Assembly: GCA_951406725.2 (NCBI GenBank)
Contig: OX597821.1
Coordinates: forward strand, 99,014,001-99,078,000
DNA length: 64,000 bases
Reading direction: 5' to 3'
From: Octopus vulgaris
Lineage: Eukaryota
Position numbers and translations under genes: made by a program. This document shows, one piece after another, positions 1 through 15,089 of this stretch. The notes below the pieces were generated by a model that saw nothing but the letters and a program-made list of their open reading frames with translations, was not told the DNA's origin and searched no databases. Position 1 is the stretch's first letter, and every line of letters begins with the position of its first letter.

Positions 1-73
1 TTCAACTTATGATACACATGGACTCGAGTTTCTGAGTATCAGAAACTCGAGTCCGTGTGTACCATAAGTTGAA
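1..73. repeat. 35-bp-arm hairpin containing the 3' half of a hammerhead motif in each arm
   Basis: 1-35 is the reverse complement of 39-73 (2 mismatches, loop GTA). Each arm carries GAA-ACTCGAGT-C. Confidence 0.85.
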
Positions 74-199
74 GACGGGAAGGATGGCTAGGGCACAGAA
101 AGTGTGTCTAAAGCCAGATGGAGGAGGTGTCCTCCTGGGGCTACAAACTACAGTAGCATCCACCCTTAGGGGTTAGCCATATTTAAATGGCAAATATAC

Positions 200-1216
200 G
201 TCACGATGTGTTGCAGCTACTGTTTATACCTGGTTCAGAGATTTATTATTGTTCTTTCCTAAGATTCCTATAAACTCATTCTGAATAGTAGAAAACAGAA
301 AGGAAATAGCAAATATGTTTCCCAACTGAACTGAGCACGAAGCATTGGATCAAAATGTTGTCAGCAAATGAACTGGCTCTAAAAAATTTCCTGTTTTCCA
401 TTGCTTCAGTTTCAACATTAGTCTCAGTTCGCTCTTTCTCGGTGTCCTCGTAAAACCAAATTCTGTTAAGCTAGAAATCTGATAATATCAAGTAGGTTGA
501 AAGGATCTCTTTCCACTTTTTCACTTGGCATTCAACAACTTATTATTTTTTTTTTTTTGCTTTTGCTAGTTTTTAACTAATTGTTGCCTCCACAATCCCA
601 GTTCCAACTCCTTTTATTGTGTAAAATTCCAAATGTGAATTGCACTAGATTCATTTTCAGACATTCTCGGATTCAGTTTCCACCATACTTTGAATCCAGG
701 CTCAGAATTAAATTTCGTGTCACTTCTGTCTGAAAACAATTTGCAATAAAAGCAATAAAGAACTTCATTGGAAGGTGAGTACGACATCTATGATTGCAAA
801 ATCATTTCGCCATTATGAAGAGTCTGAAAAATTGGTTATGTATTAGTCTTTTAGTATTAGTATTTTAGTATGACTCTTTGATTGAAACACATTGGTGAAT
901 AACTTCACCAAAACCATAATCTGGATTTTGAACCTTGAAGTACCAGAAAATTCCGTGTCATTGCTAATCTTGGTTGGCCATGAGCCAACGTTTTTTATAT
1001 CTTCTCTGTTTCCACAGATGATTCTCTCTTTCTCTTTTACTTGTTTCAGTAATTTTACTGCGGCCATGCTGGAGCACCGCCTTTAATCGAGCAAATCGAC
1101 CCCGGGACTTATACTTTGTAAGCCCAGTACTTATTCTATCGGTCTCTTTTTGCCGAACCGCTAAGTGACGGGGATATAAACACACCAGCATTGGTTGTCA
1201 AGCAATGCTAGGGGGA

Positions 1217-1282
<66 letters not shown>

Positions 1283-1927
1283 CATATATACGACAGGCTT
1301 CTTTCAGTTTCCGTCTACCAAATCCACTCACAAGGCATTGGTCGGCCCGGGGCTATAGCAGAAGACACTTGCCCAAGATGTCACGCAGTGGGACTGAACC
1401 CGGAACCATGTGGTTGGTTAGCAAGCTACTTACCATAGATGATTGTGAAATGTTTTTTTCTCTATCGACTATTTTGTTTCCCATGATTGTCATTTTCTAT
1501 CTTCTGTGAAAGTGTGTCGCTAAAAGAGAGATATTGTAATTTAAATCATTTGTCTAATGCATTAAGTAAACGCAAAAGATCTTCCACCTATTACATAAGC
1601 TAAATATCACTGAAACTCTTCAGCTTAGAGCTGTGTTTAGACACAGCAGTAAGTAAATTACTTTAAAAAATGTTAAAAATTTTTATAGGTAGCAAAAATG
1701 TTTCTGTTATCAATTTATATGACAATGGTTGACTGACTACCTACCCGAATACATACCATAGTTAAAGTTACTTTAAATCAAAAACTGAGTAGTGTCCCGA
1801 TATCAAAAAAACATTTTAATTTCAGTACAGCCTATATAGGCTTATAAAGCAGACTAAGAAGTGTCGCTTCCAAAAAAGCATCGCCCGGGCAGGCCACCCT
1901 TCCTCATCTCTTAGCTACGCTACAATG
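200..1927 (-). mobile_element. Degraded hAT transposon, 5' part (TTF-type Zn-finger region), interrupted by a SINE
   Basis: Minus-strand peptides with stops and frameshifts: 'NVGSWPTKISNDT' and 'YSPSNEVLYCFYCKLFS..GFKVWWKLNPRMSE'. TIR-like 'CATTGTAGCGTAGCTAAG' at about 1927. Confidence 0.7.
1022..1437 (-). mobile_element. tRNA-derived SINE family A (octopus OK-like), internal (TA)/(TG)n
   Basis: Near-identical to about 20 other copies. B-box-like GGTTCAGTCCC and (GAGTAAA)-type tail. Confidence 0.9.
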
Positions 1928-2188
1928 TAAACATAAAATAATGCTAAATGTTTTTTTGTTTTTTTTATACTTATAGCGCAATTTCGTCTCATCATTTAGT
2001 ACAAAGCTACGTGCAAACCACGAGTTAAATGAAATTTACACGAATGAAATTATATTGAAATGATCTTCGATCATTTTATGCAACAATGTTTCTAAATGAT
2101 ATTGAGCTGAATAAATAAACAACAAGCACTAAGCTCGAATTTTTTGGTTATAAGCAATTTTTCCTATTAATCATTCCTATATAAACAA

Positions 2189-2590
2189 CTAGCAGTATCG
2201 CCCGGCGTTGCTCGGGTTTGTAAGGGAAATAACTATATAAGCATTTTTAGAGAGTTATAGCCAAAAATAGCAAAAAAATGCATTAAAAATGGAAAAAAAT
2301 TATGGTAAATTTTTTTTTAAATCGTTGACTCATCGTAGACATTTTTAGAGAGTTACTTCCCTTATATAATAGCGAAAAAAAATGCATTAAAAATGGGAAA
2401 AAAAATGATGGTAATTTTTTTTTTAAATCGTAGACTCATCGTAGACGCGCGCTAATACCCAGAAGGGCTCGATATGAATCACGACTATAAGATAACCCGG
2501 TTTTGGTTAAACTGCACCGCAAAATGTGGGAGTAGTTAGGAATCTAAATCGTAGGAGACAGACACACAACTTCACTTTTATATATAAAGA
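2189..2590 (-). mobile_element. Non-autonomous Helitron
   Basis: Minus strand reads A|TCTTTATATATAAAAG...CCCGAGCAACGCCGGG-CGATACTG-CTAG|T: 5' TC, 3' hairpin plus CTAG, AT target. Confidence 0.85.
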
Positions 2591-3059
2591 TTAATTTTAT
2601 GCAAGCTATTGTTTCAGTAGTTGCTTCAGTGCAAGGGAGAGAATCATCTTGTCAGCAGTCAATATCATTTATTTTCTGATAGTAAAACAGATTTGCCTTT
2701 GATAAGATGGAAGATGTCTTATAATATGTATTTTTTTTTTCTTGTTTTTCATTTCAACTATGGAATCCTTAATATTCATATACAACCACGTTTTTCAATA
2801 CTCGTATATTTTGACTTATTAACTATTTTGTTTTATTTGTAACTTGTCAGTACGACGAAGCAAACTGATTTCTAAATTATACTATAAAAATGAGAGAGAA
2901 AAAGAGAGAGTAGAGCAGAGAGAGAGAGGGGAGGCACGGGAGGGGAAAATACTGGGGTAAAAAAAAATTTTAGTAGAGAGAGAAGATAGGGAAAATGTTA
3001 TTTATATTAAGTGATATTCAAGGCTTAATTAATTCCCTATAATTATTATAATGAACCTT

Positions 3060-3111
<52 letters not shown>

Positions 3112-3122
3112 CTGCAAGGCGT

Positions 3123-3262
3123 AGGCGTCACTGTGTGGTAAGAAGCTTGTTTCCCAACAGTATCGTTCCGGGTTCAGTTCCACTTCCGCAAGTGTCTTCT
3201 ACTATAGCCCCGGGCCGACCTTGTGAGTGAATTTGGTAGACGGAAACTGAAAGAAGCCTGTC

Positions 3263-3307
<45 letters not shown>

Positions 3308-3478
3308 TGTTTGCGTCTGTGTTTGTCCCTCCACCATCGCTTGACAACCGATGTTGGTGTGTTTACATCCCGTAACTTAAGGTTCGTCAAAAGAAACCGG
3401 CAGAATAAGTACCAGGCTTATTTTTTGACTAAGAGGCCACTGTCAAAATGACTGAAACAAGTAAAAGAATAAAAGAAT
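3123..3478 (+). mobile_element. SINE family A, diverged
   Basis: Same head, body and tail as other family A copies, with deletions. Confidence 0.85.
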
Positions 3479-3509
3479 ATATACAAACATACATACATAC
3501 ATACATACA

Positions 3510-3590
<81 letters not shown>

Positions 3591-4227
3591 CAAATAAGAA
3601 AATGGAGAAAATGGAGAAACAATTTAGTAGTTTTATCAGCTTTAGGATATTAGAATGTTGACTTATTTATTTCTTTTACCAAACGAGAACCATAATAACA
3701 TACATATATATACATTAAAATTCAATACATATAGGATAAGAATACAATTATAAAAACCTTAATATAAATTATTGGAATCATTAAAATCACTCCTTACAGC
3801 TGTTTCAGCACAATAAGTAAGTTAATTGCATAGCAATTAAAAACACTTGTGTATTAATAATTTGGGTATTATATCAACACTATAATGGATAAGTAGGTTG
3901 GATCCTTAGTAGGTTGGATCCGCAACCCCTAACTTACTTGGTATATATGTGTGTGTGTGTGTGTGTGTCTGTGTGTTTGTGTGTGTACATATATACATAC
4001 ATAATTACACACACACACACACACACATCTATAGCCAGACAAAATGCATGATAAAAATTGTGTGTGTGTGTATACATATATTGAAAGGTTATTCTACATG
4101 CACTGCATCATCTATGATGATGCATTTTACGTATTTCTTGAATTTCTTTATCATTTCATGTTCTGATCCACTATATCAAGTAGGAAATCGCACGTTAAAT
4201 TGACAATTTTATTAAATTTATGTTGGT

Positions 4228-4313
4228 ACATATATACATACATACATACATGCTTACATACATACATACGTACATACATACACACACACATACATGCATA
4301 CATACATACATAC

Positions 4314-4344
<31 letters not shown>

Positions 4345-4470
4345 ACATACATACATACATACTTACATACATACATACATACATACATCATACATACATA
4401 CATACATACATTCATACATACATACTTACATACATACATACATACATAACATACATACTTACATACATAC

Positions 4471-4501
<31 letters not shown>

Positions 4502-4535
4502 CATACATACATGCATGCATACGTACATACATACA

Positions 4536-4571
<36 letters not shown>

Positions 4572-4795
4572 TACATATACATACATACATACATACATAC
4601 ATACATACATACATACATACATACATACATACATACATACATACATACATACATACATACATACATACATACATACATGCATATATGCATGCATACATAC
4701 ATACATACATACATACATACATACATACATACATACATACATACATACATACATACATACATACATACATACATACATAATACATACATACATAC

Positions 4796-4826
<31 letters not shown>

Positions 4827-4880
4827 CATACATACATACATACATACATACATACATACATACATACATACGTACGTACA
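4228..4880. repeat. (CATA)n microsatellite, about 650 bp
   Basis: Directly visible. Confidence 0.98.
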
Positions 4881-5691
4881 CCTCCGTGCAAGCATATCTG
4901 TATCTTAGCGTATAAATCGGAGGACATAAAATAATACATCAATGTAGTTCTTCTCACCTTTGTCAACAAGCAACAAATACTATTTCGTTTTCAAATATGT
5001 CTTAAATGTGTTTAATGTTTAAATAATATCAAATATATCTAGAACTACGACATTCGATAAAAACACAATAGCATTTTGTTTTTGTTTCTCATACATTATT
5101 CATGTATCATATCATCTCAATCTAGTGTAAGCTATCCTCGGCCCCAAGTCCCTTCCATTCATCTCCTTCCTTTGTTGGTAGCAGCGTCTACCGCTTCTCC
5201 CCACACCCCAACAGTTTCTCTTTTCCATTTCTAAATGCAGACATATACGCACTTGCGCACGCGCGCCACGCGCCGCGCGTGAACTCTCACACACACACAC
5301 ACACACACACACATACTAATGCGTTTTGCATACATGCATCCACTGTCTTACAAACATTCGTACAATTCTTATAATAAGCAGAGAGAGCTTCATTCAATGA
5401 ATGTGCACATACTTCATATAGCAGTGATGTAATTATAATATCACAGAGCATTTAGTTCGGCTGTCATCCTTTTTCTCCAGGTATCTACGCTCCAAGTATT
5501 AAAGTATTAGAAGAAATAATGACAAAATGATATTTATAAAATGTACTAACAAAAACATTGAAGAATCGTGTCTAACAATTATAATCGTGTCCAAAAGGTG
5601 AAAAAGGAGGCAAGGAATGTTTCTTTATGCGCGTATGTTCAGTATATGATTATTGGTCGCATACATCATATTCAAATAACTTTCTGCTTGC

Positions 5692-5726
<35 letters not shown>

Positions 5727-6281
5727 ATACTAAAAAGGTCTGAAAAGTAAAAAAAAAAAAAAGAAATCCTATTTATTTGCTGAGAAATCATTGAAAAAAC
5801 ACGGTCGTTTAATTGTCAGGGATTTCTTTAGACTAAAGCGAACGCCGAAAGAACCACTCGAAAATTTAAAACAGCACCTATGTTTTGTGACAATGACGTA
5901 CGTTATATTTTGATGGGTTTCTCGAGCATTTCAACGTAGTTTTTTTCTAACTTTAGTATATTTAGTGCGGACACGACACGGCGAAGAGGTATGAGAGTTT
6001 CGACAAGAAACTTTTTGCGACATTAGTGATAGTAACCGAATACACACACACACAGAAAAAAACCCCAGAACGCTCGAGAACTCAACCTTCTTGTATGTCA
6101 CAACAGAAGTTATTAGTTTCATTTACTAGACTGGGCCTGGAAATGGTACATATCTTGGTACAGATATAATGCAATTCCATTTGTAAAATAAGAATCATCA
6201 ACGAGTGGATTTGGTAGACGGCAACTGAAAGAAGCCTGTCGTATATATGAATTACATTTCGAAAAAGAAATGTTTTCGCCA

Positions 6282-6342
<61 letters not shown>

Positions 6343-6357
6343 GTCGTTGTTGTTGTT

Positions 6358-6410
<53 letters not shown>

Positions 6411-6428
6411 TATTTATTATTATTATTA

Positions 6429-6486
<58 letters not shown>
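6282..6486. repeat. Compound (ATT)n/(ATC)n microsatellite
   Basis: Directly visible. Confidence 0.97.
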
Positions 6487-6865
6487 GAAAGGTGTCGTCT
6501 TATCTAATTTAGGAACACTGACTTCGTTTGTAATATAACGTCAAGTTTTTCCAAAAACATATTTTCAAATTTTCGTAAAGCAGTCAAACAAGATGCACAT
6601 ATTAAAAGAAAAGTTGCAATTTATACGACAGTACGGCTAATATAGATATTTTAGTTGTTTTATAGGAGGGTTCACTTCTTTTCACCTATATTTTGGTACT
6701 ACGTTAGGGTTTAAGAAAATTAGCTATATTTTGTAAAAATGAATTAAATATTAATCTCTTATATTATACAGATTGTTATTTTTGCATTATTCAGTCACAT
6801 AAAAAGACCTCGTGGAACACATCAAATAGTGTTGAAACGATACGCATAATAGTAAACAGTGCTAT

Positions 6866-7084
6866 ACTCTTTACTCTCTTTTACTCTTTTACTTGTTTCA
6901 GTCATTTGACTGCGGCCATGCTGGAGCACCGCCTTTAGTCGAGCAAATCGACCCCGGGACTTATTCTTTGTAAGCCAAGTACTTATTCTATCGGTGTCTT
7001 TGGCCGAACCGCTAAGTGACGGGGACGTATACACACCAGCATCGGTTGTCAAGCAATGCTAGGGGGACAAACACAGACACACAA

Positions 7085-7122
<38 letters not shown>

Positions 7123-7284
7123 ATATATACGACAGGCTTCTTTCAGTTGCCGTCTACCAAATCCACTCACAAGGCTTTGGTCGGCCCGAGGCTATAGTAG
7201 AAGACACTTGCCCAAGGTGCCACGCAGTGGGACTGAACCCGGAACCATGTGGTTGGTAGACAAGCTACTTACCACACAGCCACT
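6866..7284 (-). mobile_element. SINE family A
   Basis: Near full-length match to the family. Confidence 0.92.
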
Positions 7285-7981
7285 GTGGAAAATACCAATA
7301 ACTTCATGCTAACTCATCACCTGAAGACAAGAATGAGCATAAAAACAGGCTTCTCTTTACAAAGCAGCTTTCTCCTCCTAGATTGTTCAATATGATCATT
7401 CCTGTTCAGTTATCATACTGGGCACATGCAATGGTCTGCCATCATATATGTATATTCCACCTTCCCTGATATCTTCCCCATAGCTTTTGTCTTGGTAAAA
7501 ACGCTTTCTTTAATCTTCTCTAGCAGCGCCTAAATTTGCCAGGACAATAGTTTGAATGGCTGTGGGTGGAATATTTTTTCAATACTCATGTAACATCCTG
7601 GTATGTATGTATGTATGTATGTATGTATGTATGTATGTATGTATGTATGTATGTATGTATGTATGATGTATGTATGTATGTATGTATGATATGTATGTAT
7701 GTATGTATGATGTATGTGTGTATGTATGTATGTATGTATGTATGTATGTATGTATGTATGATGTATGTGTGTGTATGTGTGTATGTATGTATGTATGTAT
7801 GTATGTATGTATGCATGTATGTATGTATGATGTATGTGTGTGTATGTATGTATGTGTGTATGTATGTGTATGTATGTATGTATGTATGTATGCATGTATG
7901 TATGTATGTATGTATGTATGTATGTATGTATGTATGCATGCATGTATGTATGTATGTATGTATGCATGTATGTATGTATGT

Positions 7982-8547
7982 GACTTTTTGCCCAGCTAAA
8001 GATCTACAATGTCTTGTACAAAATTGGCAACTAAAACCTTTACCAGTAATAGTTGGCTGTAGTTGTAACTGGGCTTCATGTACCTTTGCATGTCGTTTAA
8101 GTCCTCCTGCTGAATTACACTCTCTTCCACATGCCCGACAGATATGATTAGTATGGTGTGTTACACCACCACCAGTGGCCAGGTTGTCACTCATCTGTCT
8201 CATTTTATGACTACGAAGATGACTCTTGAGTCCAGCTTTACTGAGGCAGGGTCTTGCACAGACATTGCATGTCAGTATCAAAGGAAGACCCTTCCCATCT
8301 GGAAGTGTAACAGCGATGCCCTTCCTGACATCCCTCCTTACTTTCTCATGCGCAACTCGAGATTTCTCAAAAGTGGCTGTCCCCTCATGCACAAGCCTTC
8401 TCCACCTGCTACGATCAATTGCTATGCCTTCCCATGTGTCAGGAGAGATGCAAGCATCTCTTAAGGAAGCCTTCAGCAAGTCCTAATACCTCTTTTTTGG
8501 TTTATGTGGAGGTCGTTCTCCTTTAGCTAACTCTCCATAAAAGAGTT
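7982..8547 (-). mobile_element. RTE-clade LINE 3' fragment with three C2H2-like fingers
   Basis: 'LFYGELAKGERPPHKPKKRY*DLLKASL...WEGIAIDRSRWRRLV', then CNVC..HLRSH, CRAC..HAKVH and a truncated CQFC finger. Confidence 0.85.
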
Positions 8548-8567
8548 GTTTGACATACATACATACA

Positions 8568-8598
<31 letters not shown>

Positions 8599-8835
8599 GT
8601 ATGAATGTATGCGTGTGTGTGCGTGCGTGCGAGCCTGCCTGCCTGCCTGCCTGCCTACCTGTATGTTTGTATGTATGTATGTATTGGAAGTAAGAATAGT
8701 TACCCCTTCACAAGATCTTTACCTTTTGTGGAATTGTTGTTGCTCCCAGTTTTTTCACAATCCAGTGAAATTTCAAACATTTTCTCCAAAGTTTAAAATA
8801 AACCCGTAAGAACATCTTTCATTAATTTTCTCATG

Positions 8836-8993
8836 GGTACAGGAGTGGCTGTGGGGTAAGTAGCTTGCTAACCAACCACATGGTTCCGGGTTCAGTCCCA
8901 CTGCGTGGCATCTTGGGCAAGTGTCTTCTGCTATAGCCGACCAATGCCTTGTGAGTGGATTTGGTAGACGGAAACTGAAAGAAGCCTGTCGTA

Positions 8994-9071
<78 letters not shown>

Positions 9072-9294
9072 TGTGTCTGTGTTTGTCCCCCTAGCATTGC
9101 TTGACAACCGATGCTGGTGTGTTTACGTTCCCCGTCACATAGCGGTTCGGCAAAAGAGACCGATAGAATAAGTACTGGGCTTACAAAGAATAAGTCCCGG
9201 GGTCTATTTGCTCGACTAGAAGGCGGTGCTCCAGCATGGCCGCAGTAAATGACTGAAATAAGTAAAAGAGTAAAAAGAGTAAAAGAGAAAGAGT
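8836..9294 (+). mobile_element. SINE family A
   Basis: Full-length match. Confidence 0.92.
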
Positions 9295-9829
9295 AGGTAC
9301 ATTAAAGATTGCTGCCTTCAATTTCTCTCGACTTGGAACAAGAAAATTTCTCAAACAGTGATTTGAAAGGGTCACCTACCTTATCCAAACTTCAGTAATT
9401 TGCGTCAATCTGTTTCATGAAACGTAATTCGTACCAGGAGCAAGATGTTTTCTAATTATACCGGGAGGATGTTTCTTGTGTACTTCCCAATACAGAAATC
9501 TCTTCTTTCCATCCATTCTTTTCTTACCCAGTCATTTCATGTAGCTCGACTGTATCATAAACACACACACAAGAAGAAAAAAAGGAAACAAAATTAGTAT
9601 AACCGCTTTCTTGATGAAGCAGTATGGGAATAATTGTCAACTTACCACATAACATCTAATTACGTTTGACGTATTTGTGCTTTTCACTACAACTTTCATG
9701 GATTCATACCTTGCATTAAGATGTGCAGAATGGCCAGAACTAGTTAGAGTTATGCATACATACATACATACATACATACATACATACATACATACAGACA
9801 GACAGACAGACAGACAGACAGATAGACAT

Positions 9830-10253
9830 AGGCGCAGGAGTGGCTGTGTGGTAAGTAGCTTGTTTACCAACCACATGGTTCCGGGTTCAGTCCCACTGCG
9901 TGGCACCTCGGGCAAGTGTCTTCTACTATAGCCTCGAGCCGACCAAAGCCTTGTGAGTGGATTTGGTAGACGGAAACTGAAAGAAGCCCGTCGTATATAT
10001 GTATATATATATATATATATGCGAGTGTGTGTTTGTGTGTCTGTGTTTGTCCCCCTAGCATTGCTTGACAACCGATGCTGGTGTGTTTATGTCCCCGTTA
10101 CTTAGCGGTTCGGCAAAATAGACCGATAGAATAAGTACTGGGCTTAGAAAAGAATAAGTCCAGGGGTCGAGTTGCTCGATTAAATGCGGTGCTCCAGCAT
10201 GGCCGCTGTCAAATGACTGAAACAAGTAAAAGAGTAAGAGTAAGAGTAAGAGT
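9830..10253 (+). mobile_element. SINE family A
   Basis: Full-length match, starts AGGCGCAGGAGTGGCTGTGTGGTAAG. Confidence 0.93.
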
Positions 10254-10334
10254 ATACAAACATACATACATACATACATACATACATACATACATACATA
10301 CATACATACATACATACATACATACACACATATG

Positions 10335-13589
<3,255 letters not shown>

Positions 13590-13590
<1 letters not shown>

Positions 13591-14900
13591 TTCCGAACAT
13601 TATTCGTAGAATCACACATCTTTCTTCGTGTAAAAAAATATTTCAAAACGCATCACCGTATTAAGATAAGGCTTTACAGGATAGCGGCTTTATTGATAGA
13701 ATCTTTTATAACCTCTGCCGCCCCAACCATTTAGTCATAAGTTTAGGTTCCACAATATTTTATAGTTCACCCACCCTTCTCCCTAAATGTGAGGCCAAAT
13801 ATATGTAAAACATTTTTATTCTTATTAGATAATCACTTTTCCCACTGATATAGGAAAATATTTGATAGGCACACAATTAAAATTACATACTCATGGTCCC
13901 CTAATGTAAAGGCCTATAACAATAAGCAACCGATAACTTGGACAGGACTTGGATGCATATGCAGAGATAAATCTAAATGATATCTAAGGCAGGCATGCGA
14001 TATATCCTCTGTGTTTTTTTGTTTTTTTTTTATGAAGCACAGGTATCGGTAAACTATGGCAGCGGCCAAACGAGGACGTTCACCTGAGCCGAGTAACAAG
14101 ACCCCCAGAGGGATGTCCAAATTATTGGGTATGTCCTTATGGGACCATAATTTCTCGTCGAACTTAATTACAGTGTGACGGGCCGTTTGACTTATATGAA
14201 CATGTTTCCGAATGAGATCTAAGTTCTTAAAAGTGAAAATGATGGCCTTGTTAAGAAGAATGGGCGATACGTTAGAATAGTATTGACCAATGATCACTTG
14301 AATAAATGTGTTGCTTATAATTCCTTCGTTAAAGCGTTTCCATAATTTATCTTTGTTAGCTGTCTAGACTTTTTACTCATCTTAATAACTAAAAGTTTTA
14401 TTTGTCCTCCGCCTATCTCCCCGACATCAAAGTATAAAGAATTTTATTGCCCCGCTTAAGATTCTCTTATCCCTAATCTCTTTAGTCCTCCCTACCTCCT
14501 CTACCTCTCTACCTAGCATCCTTCTCCTTCGACTTGAGGACATCTGTAAATACATCTATTTTGTTTTCTTCTAGGACAACCAACCCAGTATTACTTTCAT
14601 TAGTCTTTTGACCTTGAGTTTGTTATTTTCAACTTGTCATTCGTGCTGTGGCTAATCTGATAAACCATTTGTCCATCTCAACGTGACAATGTAAATAACT
14701 TATAGGTAATAGGGCCTGAAGATTGACTAAGCAGGTTTTAAGTGTTACAAGTTTTGTAACCAACAATTTTAGTTATGAAAAAACTGTAGCCCGTGCTTTA
14801 CCTGATCCGTTCCTTATATTCTCGGATTTTTATTCGCATTTGTAGCAACGTTAATTGTTTAACCGTAAGTTGCATGGTGACTGTCAGCTTTGATTTCAAT
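13590..14900 (+). mobile_element. Degraded Penelope-like element, 3' portion with pLTR
   Basis: 'HPPFSLNVRPNICKTF' and 'YRKIFDRHTIKITYSWSPNVK' match the PLE thumb/linker. An HHR motif lies near the end. Confidence 0.7.
14712..14792 (+). ncRNA. Hammerhead ribozyme motif (type I, decayed stem III)
   Basis: GGGC-CTGAAGA-T-[TGACTAA..TTAGTTA]-T-GAAA-AAACTG-TA-GCCC. Confidence 0.65.
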
Positions 14901-15089
14901 ATGGGATAAAGAGTTTACTTATGATGGTTAATAAACTCGTTTTATCGTATACTGTCCGCCTTTGAACACTTACTACTAGTTGTATACATACTCGAAGCTT
15001 ACTAACACACTACACCAGAAACCTTGGAACGTACTTACTTCTTACTCTATATGTGTATCTATCTATCTATCTATATATATATTCAAAAG

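Larger units (their letters stand above)
7290..9750 (-). mobile_element. Degraded Chapaev3-like (CMC) DNA transposase relic, split by nested RTE fragment, microsatellites and a SINE
   Basis: Collinear minus-strand pieces: 'LDKVGDPFKSLFEKF..SREKLKAAIFNVP' (9300-9400), 'MRKLIKDV' (about 8830) and 'GCYMSIE..ANLGAARED..YQGRWNIH..MMADHC' (7430-7600). These resemble the recalled Chapaev3 motifs EKLKAGIFDGPQIR and GCNMSxKxHFLHSH..YQGRW..MMADYC. Confidence 0.65.

Noticed and set aside
770-780. Splice donor AAG|GTGAGT
   Set aside because: It lies antisense within hAT transposase coding relic.
1195-1509. Recurrent ORFs '[29 protein letters not shown]' and '[16 protein letters not shown]'
   Set aside because: They are antisense translations of SINE family A.
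4200-4934. Long ORFs of YIHT, MYVC, YI, HT or CV repeats throughout the window
   Set aside because: They are translations of stop-free microsatellites.
7982-8479. C2H2 zinc-finger gene (octopus C2H2 expansion)
   Set aside because: The fingers follow RTE LINE C-terminal motifs and lack TGEKP linkers.
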